Source: Catajapyx aquilonaris
Lineage: Eukaryota
NCBI GenBank assembly: GCA_000934665.2
Contig: JYFJ02002339.1
Coordinates: 1-58,928, forward strand
Reading direction: 5' to 3'
Length of the DNA: 58,928 nucleotides
Shown: positions 49,001-58,928 of the stretch, in pieces
Position numbering within the stretch: the first letter of the stretch is position 1
Layout of the letters: the number at the start of each line of letters is the position of its first letter
Notes under the pieces: generated by a model
The model's database searches: none
Told to the model about the DNA's origin: nothing
What the model saw: only the letters and a program-made list of their open reading frames with translations
Position numbers and translations under genes: made by a program

Positions 49001-52000
49001 GACCAAGCCTGATTCAGGCAGCGCTGGGCCTTGTCACGTGTGTTTAACGGCCTCGCTTTGTCACCGCAGACTATGATTAAACGCTGCTAGTCTTTTGCAA
49101 ACTGCATGTCGCGGAACTAATGCATTACTTGCAGTAGGACCAGATGAAATGCACCGTAATTAGGTACGTAAGATGCGCTCCCGATTATTTTGATGCAACG
49201 TAGCCGCTTTGCCTTGTATACATACGTTGCCAAGAGAGACAATGAGGAATAAATTGTACTACGATGTTGCTTTTATGTCCATTGGTGCATATTTTTTAAG
49301 TGCCTACAATCTGGCTTACAGTCAACAGAATAAGCGAAAATCTTTCCAAAGGACAAGTTCTCCATGACTGCATACAAGATCAGGTTAGGGCGAGAGGCGT
49401 GCTAATTTGGCTGGTAGCAGACAATATTTACAGTGCTATTAATTGTAATTAGGAGCTCAATCACTCCTTTGTGGTCGTGTCATAATTCCATTTCCTCCGA
49501 CGTTAGTCTGACTTTTTTTCTCTCTCTCTCTCTCTCTCTTCTTTCTACTGTGCTCGCTAGACTAGTTTTAATTTGCCTCAGGCGTTTTGTTCTCTAAACG
49601 GAGGTGATTATCTATAGATCCGGAAAACAAAGGGAACAATTTGGGGAGGGCGCACACAACTGGTTCCATTCGTCGTTGTGGCTTTGGACGTGCGAGGAGG
49701 ACGAAATCTGTACGCAAAACCGCGGCGACATGCTGATACCCCCAGAGGAATCCATCATCAAGATTTATAATTTGCAGGAAAACAGGAAGACGCCTGTCTC
49801 CAGCCGCCGCCTTATTTTCCCCTCAGATGACAAATGAACCGTCCTGGGAAAAAATGGAGAAAGAAAGAAACGGGGAGGAACACGAGGGAAAAAAATATAA
49901 AAATATAGAGGAACGCAGCCGCATTTTTAGGATTCAGAAAAAAAATGAAGGGACAGAACCTTTCTGCTGCCAGGGCACAATGCTGGGCACTTTTTTTGTG
50001 TGTGTGTATCTCGCACTATTCTTATTCGGACCAATATCACGCGTTTCTTGACAATATTGTTATGCATAATGCTTTTTCCCTGGATAGAACCAGGTGTGAG
50101 TATTCGGGATGAATGTAGCTCAAAGTATAGCACTGCTCAAATCAGCTGGAGTGGACTGATGTCAACTGTATAGTTCACGGGGGCTATAAAAGCAGAGGGT
50201 AACTCTTTTATTGTCGTTCCTCTAGTTGATCGCTTTAAAAAACGGATTTAACACAATTTGGCGGGTTAAGTCAACATTCAGTAGAGTACTTTTGTTAGGT
50301 AAGGGTCATACTTGTGGACAACAATCAAGTTTCGAGACATCAGCCACGTTGCAAAAGTTTGGCGAAATAGTACCATTCGAACTTGTTGGAGTAATAAGTA
50401 ACCTGATATGATTTTACAAGTAGAATGTACGGATTTGTGTTTAAAAAGGTGCTTGCGGTGAGTTTCCATGCCATGTTATTTTACGTCATCAATTATGAGT
50501 CCGAATGCAAGTTGAACATGTGGGTTAATGCTCTACTTATGGTCATTTAATGCCTTGTTAAATGTGCGTTTCGCGAGTGTTATGGCGGGTCAGTTGTAAT
50601 AATGTAATGACGGACGACGTGCACGCGATAATAATTATAGTGTCGTTATTTTGTTCCTCCCTGATCCTTTCGCAGTGTTTGCAACTACTACTAGTGTACG
50701 TATAGTACTACTAGGTTGCTACCAGCGGCGATATACACTTTTGGTTTTTATGATCACCAATTAAGACAAAGTTCTGAACATACACATATTCCCCTCTCAT
50801 TACAAATTCATGTGAACAGGTCTTGTTGAATGTACTTATATTAATTGCATTACCCAGTTTGTGTCAGCTCGAAGTGCCAAAATATACGGAAGAGCTCTTA
50901 TAGCAGACAATTAAGTTCAATGAATTCTCTTTGCTTTGTACTCCGACATCATGCAAATGTTTCTGAGTTCTCGCTTAATAATAACAATGGGATTGGTGCA
51001 AAAGAGAGGTGCTCCTTTTACTATTCTTCAAAAATGGGTTTTCCTATGACAAACGCAAGGCATATTTCTACATAATATTTTCTGTCTTTTAATTTGGATT
51101 TTCACATTTATTGGAAGTATCCAAACTTTAATGATTACAGCAGGTCTTCATTAACATGTGGGTAGGACAGACTTCTAATGAGGCCCAGACCTAATTTCTG
51201 TACTGTAGTACTGTACGGCACAGTAGTTTGAGAAGTTTCATTAAGTCTGGCCTGTAACTCGAGGTATACACAACACCAGATTAAAAAATAAATAATTGAC
51301 TGCCAGGATCTTAAAATGTGCTATTACTGTAGCAGCATAAATAACTTACTTAGCAGTTCAATAGGTCCAGATATTTTCATGCAGATTACAGTTTGAGGGA
51401 TGAATGTTTTAATCACTAAACTTGCACTTCTTAACGTTTTGCGAGATGCACAGAATTTGAGATTGCACATTTTATTACTTGTATGAAGATTCACGAGCCA
51501 CCTTCTTCACTAGCGACCTTCCCATATTCATAATCAGAACGAGTCAGTGGCTGTGATTACGAGAATATACCGAATATGATTGCAGTGTGAGCACAATTAC
51601 CAGCACTGAGTGTTCTACTTGCCCACTTCTTTTTTTTCTAGTTTATACACACCAATTCCTCCCATCCAGCCATCCGAACCCGGTTTGGTATAGCAAAATT
51701 CCGCATTAGGCAAAGTCCGTAGAGCCCCGGTCGACTATAATGCGCCATTACCACAGGACCATTAGACTAGATGGTAGTTTTGAGGCAGGGACTAAAACGT
51801 AGGTCCGCGATTAATGCGTGCTATTGTTGCGGCTTTCCTCGGTGCCCGGGATGAAAAGGAAGTGGCCACAATTGCAAGGGTCCATCTCTGCTCGACCTGG
51901 TGAGTAATAAGAGACGATAAACCAGGCCTTTGCAAGCCCCCGTATCCATCTTTCATCCGGTCATTTTCTAGGTAGGGACTAGTAGACCCGGATAAATTCG

Positions 52001-52565
52001 AGGATTTGGGTTTTGCTGCAGGTGCTAGCAAGTTGCATCCAAGGCTTGGAATATTACCCAGTAATGAACGACATCCATCGCTGTAAAGTCTCTCGGATAC
52101 TTACGAGTCGAGGGCCCCTTGGATGCGCGCTCATTAACAAGGCGAGATGTGAGACTGGCGGTTGAAATTGATTAATGGCGGGTACACTCTGGGACAAAAG
52201 GGGTCTGGGATGCCACTTTGGACGGGGCCTCTAGTTCTTAGAGGGGGCCAGATGTGTGGCGGCACTTTGCGCCATCATTTGGTTGGAGCCAGAGCATAAA
52301 TTCATTACGGGCTAGGCACAGATAACAATGCCGGTGTCATCTGACCAATTTTCATTAAGTTTAATTAACGGTGATACTAGGGAACCACTGATTACTCTGA
52401 CTAATTTTGAAGGCTTTATCATGCGTTATGAGGATTAGTTAGGTTCGTTTTTTTTAAAAAAAAATTGCCTATGATGATTGTTGCTCTGATTACGTCACGA
52501 CTCTCTAAACATGTTTGGAAAATCACGTGAGCGTGAATCGAGTAGACTTTCTCAAATTCAAATTG

Positions 52566-52820
52566 AACAACAATGACATAGAATGTTGTCTGTCTCATGT
52601 TGCCTAGTTAACTCAGAAAAATAATTTCTAAAGCATGTAGACCTGACCTTGGCGGATAGAGTGAACCTGGAAAACCGGAAGTTGGGCATTTAGGGTCTGT
52701 TGAATCCTAAAACAGTTTGTCGTTATCTCCTACGGTTTAGGCTCTGACACATGTTCACAGACGGACGGACGGACAGAGCCGTTCTATAATACTTTTTTTC
52801 GATGAGAAAAAGTCTAAAAA
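52566..52820 (+). mobile_element. Helentron-associated non-autonomous element (HINE / DINE-1-like)
   Basis: Subterminal inverted repeats ATAGAATGTTGTCTGTC (52578-52594) and GACAGAGCCGTTCTAT (52772-52787). A (GACG)n microsatellite precedes the 3' subTIR. A terminal stem-loop ACTTTTTTTC-GAT-GAGAAAAAGT (52791-52813) is followed by an A run. Confidence 0.7.
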
Positions 52821-55800
52821 TTGAACCCACTTAGCCCGCAATTATTGCAATAAGCGACTAATTTACTTTTCACGCGGATTTCAGCACCAACTCCAGATAA
52901 GATTTACCTTTAAGAAGCTTTTCCTCCATTTCGAACGGCACAATAATTAATCCCAGAGAAGAACAGGAAAATAACTGCTCGACTGGCTGAAAAGTTGTGT
53001 TAATTATTCCTGGGGCAAGAAAATTTTCGCAGCCCGGAAAAGTCTTGAAAACTGGCGAATCGCACTTCCCATAGCATCAAGTGAAATGATATAATAAGAA
53101 GAAGTGGAGTTAAATGTACGAGAACTGCGAATCATGCTCCCCCCCCCCCCTATAGTTATACCAGGGGGATGGTCGCGTAAAGGGCGGCGATTTTCATCCG
53201 CAAAGTTCCTCTTCAATTAGGCGGAATCCAGACGCCCGCCACTTTGCTCCGCTTCAACTAAAAGGCAAATGGTGTCGTTTTAATTAAGATTGGCAAGGAG
53301 GAGGAATCCGCAAGCCGAAGGTGTCAACCACACGGAAAGGAGACCGCGGAGGGCAATCTGTCCCGTGCAACTTTTCCCCTCCCCATTTGCATATTTCCGG
53401 AGCTCAGCTTCATATAGGAAGAGACTACGCCCAAAATTTATATTTTGTATCAAGAATATTCAAAAAAATTTGCGAACAAATTGAAAGCTTCCGTATAGCC
53501 AAAGCTGACACTAATTTTTGTCACGAAATTGAGTACACATGGAAGGGTAAAATGACGAAGTGGTCGTTTATATATCGCGAGTTGGGGATGAGTTATGCGT
53601 GGTTTAATTAATTTTATAGACGTAACATGGAACGCCAACTTCCCTCTACTGATTGGCCTGGCTTGAATTATTGCTGTGCGGTTTCGTAACAATCGATTTG
53701 TGCCGGCCTCCGGGTCTCCTGGCATTCCACCTTTTTTTTACTGATTTGTTATTTACTGCGCGTATCATTGGATATCTCCTGAGAGGAAAAAACAAGAGCA
53801 GTAAATAATCAGCGAGAAGGAAAATCCCGGGGAGATATAAAATATCAATAATAAATCCCATACGGAACCTTTACTTTTCCATTCTCTTTTCCTTATTGCG
53901 TACACGCAAACTTTTTTTCTTCTTGAAAACTATACCCCTCACCCCCCTATACTATTTTTTTGCTCTCCGCAATTTGGTCTAGGGCCCATTTTGTAAGTCC
54001 AAGTCTCATAAAGTTTTCTGGCAGCGATTTGGGGGAAATGTCTCCGGCCCTTTGGTACTCGCAGATGGACGAGCGCCAGTTGGAAGAGCATTTGGGGAAA
54101 ACCGGAGGAATTTATTATTGTCTCGATTTCCCCAATCGATGGCTTTCAACGTGTAATAGCTGTTATGAATCATAATGGGTCGAGGGAAAGCCAAGTGGCA
54201 TGATGCCTTGATAGGGCAACGGGGGGGAAACACGCTGGCAGAATGGACTATGATCTCTCAATTGGAGGGTCCTTCACGATGTGGAACGGCTACAACTCCA
54301 CAGTCAATCATAGCAAGGGGGTGGAGGGAGGGGGGGGGGGCAGAAAAACCACTCCCCCACCCCAAGACTCTTACAAACTTTTCTGTTTGTTCTTTCGGCT
54401 CTTTGGCTCAGAAGCCACTTGCCGATTCACAAATCCAGCAAAAATGCTACTTGTCACAAATTGATTTTTCTTTTGGATGAGCAGGCGCGTTATTGGTATA
54501 GCTTTTACTGTACCTACTGGGACATGGAGGAAAGGTTGCATGTCCAATTTCTGATTGAGAAAGTGGACATGGAACAGTCTTCCGGTATTAGACAGAAACC
54601 CTTGTGTCTGTCAGCAATACACAAGCCTATATTGCTGATGTACCAACTGTTGCAAAATTAAAAAATTCAACTGAAGCCTTGGCATGAATATTTTGTTAAT
54701 GAGGGACTAGCTTGGATCGACCTATATGCATCAAAATCATCTCTGGACACGTTACAATTTTAACACGGGACCACCTTTTATTATGGTATTATCCAACCTA
54801 TCAGCTCATCCAATGAAATCACTGTCACGCGTCCATGACGCATAGCCGGTATGGGCATTCAGCTATCTGCTTGGTTGAATTGAGGGGACAAGACACGAGG
54901 TAATAAAATCCAGACACGAAGCTTTCACAGGGGCTTTAACTCGTTTTTTTTCTCTCTGTCTCTCTATACGGTTCTGGCTGGCCATTGAGGCAAACTGGCG
55001 CATCATGTAGCCACGTCGGCTAATATTAAAACGGCGTGAAAAGCGCGCAACTTGCTGGCATCTTGTCAATTCCATCATCCACAGCTGCAAAGCCTAATTG
55101 GCAGCCATTTTTTAAAAATAGCCAGCGACGTTTTATCAATTACTTTGAGGGGCATTTTATTATTGTGGTCAACGGTTGTTGGTTGGCTGTCACGACTCCC
55201 TTTGGAGCATGGAAACAAGGGTGGCATAAAGAGAAGAACAATGTGACTCTGTGTGTGTTTTTCCCCTCCCTAGGCTGGCCAATTGCGAGCATCCGGTACG
55301 CAAGGCAAGTGTGGCCGTGGCCAGGTTATCCGATTGCAGGCTGAGGCCAGATGAATACCAAAAAGAGCTAATCAGCCTGCTTGACCAAACTTGGATGGAA
55401 TTTTATTGGGTGGAGACAAAAAGGAGGCTTTTTTTGACTGACCAGTAAAACTGTTGACGTCTGCTTTATTCAGTTAATTTCCAAAAATGTAATTTCAACC
55501 GAAATGCCTGTAATGAAACTGTTGTTACAGAACCAGTGATTGATTCGTATCAGTAAAGTTTGCAAACAGACCTGTCTGATTCAGCTCTCTTGGAAACGGT
55601 CCAAACGACCGGGTTTTTTTTTTGTGCTTGTCGGAGAAAGAACAACGACTGGCGACCTTCCGTTGACACTGAAAACCGGAAAACGGAAGCTTCTGTTTTT
55701 AGGATTTGTCTCGATTTCCAGCGAATCGAACAACTTGCCAGCTACCCCGCTTGTCCATTATGATAATTCTGGGAGGCTGGGCGATGCAAATTGGAAAGCA

Positions 55801-58800
55801 CATCGGATCTGTAATTAAATGATCCGGAAATTACTGCCCCCCGGATTACGGTCCTATACGGCAAGGTTTATGCCCCGAAACGATCAGCCCTGCATTGTCT
55901 TTCTTTTAAGTACAAGCCTGTTGCATCCCACCAATAATTACATCTGCAGAATAATTTGGCTGTAAAGTGAGTACACTCCTGAGTAAAAAAAAGCAAATGT
56001 AAATATGGGATAAATAATTATGTAAGTTACATAATATAGTACGGCTATTACTAAATACTTGCCTTGCGATACCTAAAGTGGTCCACACTGCACGAAAGCA
56101 ATTCCGTGAGCCGTTTCGTTTTCAGTCCAATAAATTATTTTGCGTTCATGGTCAAAACCAGGCGCCCCCACGTTTATTATTCTTCGCGTGTAAAGATGGT
56201 TTCGGGTCGGCACCATTATTGAAAATGAAACGATTCCGTGCTTTATTCAAGCAGGAACCTTGTGGCCAAAGATAATGGATTTTTGCTCCCTCGAGAAATA
56301 AAAAAAGCAAACCCCCCCTAGAATCACTCTACTTAAAATATTATATGTATATATAAAAAAACGAGTAAGTGGGGGAAGTTTTTTTTAAAGGCGTATTACC
56401 ACCCATTAGACCAAGGGAGGGATTACATCAACTGTTCTTTACGGAGAACCCCGGAAAGCTCAGATGAGCATTAGTGGTTTCCCCCAATATCCCCTTTATT
56501 GGTGGGGTGAGTTTCCTGTATATACCGTATATATAATTTTTTTACCCACTCCGGGTTATCTCTTTTTAGGGGGGTGACTCAGCATGGTTCATTGAACACG
56601 AAACGCCGCTCATTAATATTTCATTTAACACCAAAATTACGTTTGGGTCTGAGTAATAATGTTGAATATATTGCAGACCTTTTTTGTGTGGAGGGTATAT
56701 AGAAGCAAGTGCTGGTGTGTGTCGAATAGGTGTTTTTGTGCTATATCCGGAAAATCCGGGAGAGTTGGAAGCCGGAGAAGCGAACTTCAATTTCCGAGAT
56801 CCCTCGTCCATTCCGGAAAAAGCTTGAGATTGTCATTTTCGCAGCTTCCCCTCCCCAGTAGTCTGAAAAGCCAGGGCTTCTCCCAGTTAGTTCAATCCTC
56901 ACGTATGCCTCGCTGTCAGAAATAAAGGCGCGCTTTAGAATCCATAATCTCACGTCATTGTACTCTTTTTTTTTAGCCCGGAGGAAGAAGACTCCGGGAA
57001 CTCGCCAATTTGAGAAATTGACAAGCTCCAGACTGGCAATGGGATTAATTAATTTATTGTAAGGAGATGTGCGCCGCCTGTGAAGAGAAAGCAATCACTC
57101 TGAATATGCAAAGAGCAAAATAATAATAATTTTTTCTGATTTTTTCGAACAGTACTTGTGCTACGATGCTCTAATTTTCACTATACAGTATCCTGGTTGA
57201 ATATGTTAGTGGCAGTAAATACGATCTACATTGGTTAGGCCCAGTGGTTACCCACTAGTTGGTCAATTGAGCAGTTAAACCGCTGCTTTGATTGTTGACC
57301 AACTAACACAACAGGACCCGAAAACAATGGTGCTTTACCCCTTTATCACTTTCCAGCCTTGAATAATTCCACCCTGCCTAATATTACAAAGCACTTCGCC
57401 TCCTAACTTAATTATTACTGGCAAAGTTGTCATAAAAGTTATTTTATAATTATGCAAACAAACTTTCTCTACCGCGAGTGCCAAGTAATCCACAGCAGAA
57501 GCTTGAATTATCTTGACACACCCTGTGTTATCCAGGAAATGCCAGCCTTTCAACTTGTCAGTGAGATTATTACTGCACACCAGCTTTATACTGCACTGTA
57601 AGTACTTTGAGCTGGTCTTGGCCGAAAAAAAGAGTAACACAATGTACAGTTCTTGAATGTATGTGGAAATTGGATTATCCGGTACAGTATGTAACAGCTG
57701 CGGTACACTCCCACTTTTCTGCAGCAGAAAATTCTGACAGAGACCGAAAGGAGTCTGATGGCGGTGGTCACGGAACCAAAAAAGTTTGTTGCACCAACAA
57801 ATGGCGTCTGACATGCTACTCTCGGAGGCAATTAAAGTTAAATATCATGCGATCATTCCCCAACCGAGGCCAAAAGTGATTCCGAACACAAATGAGAACC
57901 GGACGTATACACATCCTACACTTAGTGCCTCGCAAACCCTTCTTATTTTTTATACCTCTTTTGGTGCGTACAGGTCATTGACACGGTGTGACTTTTTGAC
58001 CCCGTTGGTCGGAAAACAACGATCAATCCACATGCGTTTCTGCCAATACAAGTAATATGGCCAGGTAATTATTTGAGGGAAATTTATTATCGAAGTGGAA
58101 TTAATTAGGCGTATGTCATGACAGACGGTTAATCGGGGGTTGTTATCTCTGGGACGAACTAGTTGGCAGCTTTCATGCATCAATATGTGCGCAGGCAGCA
58201 GGCATGAAATCATTAAAGGTGCAATCTACCCTAATTACAGGGAGGGGTTATTTTAGGCGCAATTAGTAGGTCGGAATCGAGTGGAGAGGATGATTTTTGG
58301 CCGTGGGTTCAGTCACTTCATGATGACTTCAAATTACACTTCTTCAGCAGGCAGAACTTTAGCAGCTTTTTTTCCCCCCTGGGCTTGAGAATTTGCTGAT
58401 GGCACCTTGTCATGCGATTGCAAAATTATTTCTTTCCCTTCCGCAGTCCATCAATCGTGCAGATTTCGTGCGCAGATTTTTTTTGCGAAACCTTTATGAG
58501 GAGGTTCTGCTGGGAAAAAGAGGGTCCTCTCGCATCCCCTCCTAACTTTGTTGTTTCCCATATATAACCTAATGAAGTGTGCCCTCCTAGTTAACACCAT
58601 GGCGATGAGTTTGGATCGGGTTGGGTTACATGCTATTTTTTTTCGTCAATTTTTTTTTTCGAGCTGTGGCGTTATATGACAGTAAATGAACTCTACCTGG
58701 GGCAAGTTATGAGTGCAATTCAGTGGTAATCCAACCCTTCATCGTAAAGGTGGAGAGGGGGGTCTTATACACATATTTTTGATCACAAATTGTTGCGCTT

Positions 58801-58902
58801 CTACATACAGCACATCATGGTAGTAAACAATAATGATTGATGCAATAATTGTTATGTAAAATGCTATTTTTGTCGTGAAATTTGCCAGAAAATGCAAATC
58901 CC

Positions 58903-58928
58903 TATATATATATATATATATATATATA
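58903..58928. repeat. (TA)n microsatellite at window end
   Basis: Direct reading. Confidence 0.9.

Noticed and set aside
57335..57814. 159-aa minus-strand ORF and the other 60-145-aa ORFs between 20 and 59 kb
   Set aside because: Mostly non-ATG starts, low-information translations across homopolymers, and no recognisable motifs.

Overview
Eukaryotic (arthropod-like) genomic DNA with short GT-AG introns, in two parts. The first ~20 kb is gene-dense and looks fast-evolving. It holds two spliced paralogous small secreted Cys-rich peptide genes missed by the ORF track (minus, 1574-2064 and 7038-7315) and two tandem intronless divergent ionotropic receptor (IR) genes (minus, 8105-10048 and 13049-14980). 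It also holds a 5-exon gene for an unrecognised ~420-aa secreted beta-rich protein with a probable GC-AG intron (plus, 15829-17401) and the conserved 6-exon TFIIH p52 gene GTF2H4/Tfb2 (minus, 17881-19652). Sola2-like and Tc1/mariner-like DNA transposon remnants are interspersed. The remaining ~39 kb has no credible coding sequence, only MITEs, one Helentron-type (DINE-1/HINE-like) element and microsatellites; it looks like a regulatory gene desert or a large intron. The most novel items are the modular Cys-rich peptide pair, the orphan secreted protein, and IR paralogs whose differences concentrate in the ligand-binding lobes. All calls were made by eye with no database searches.
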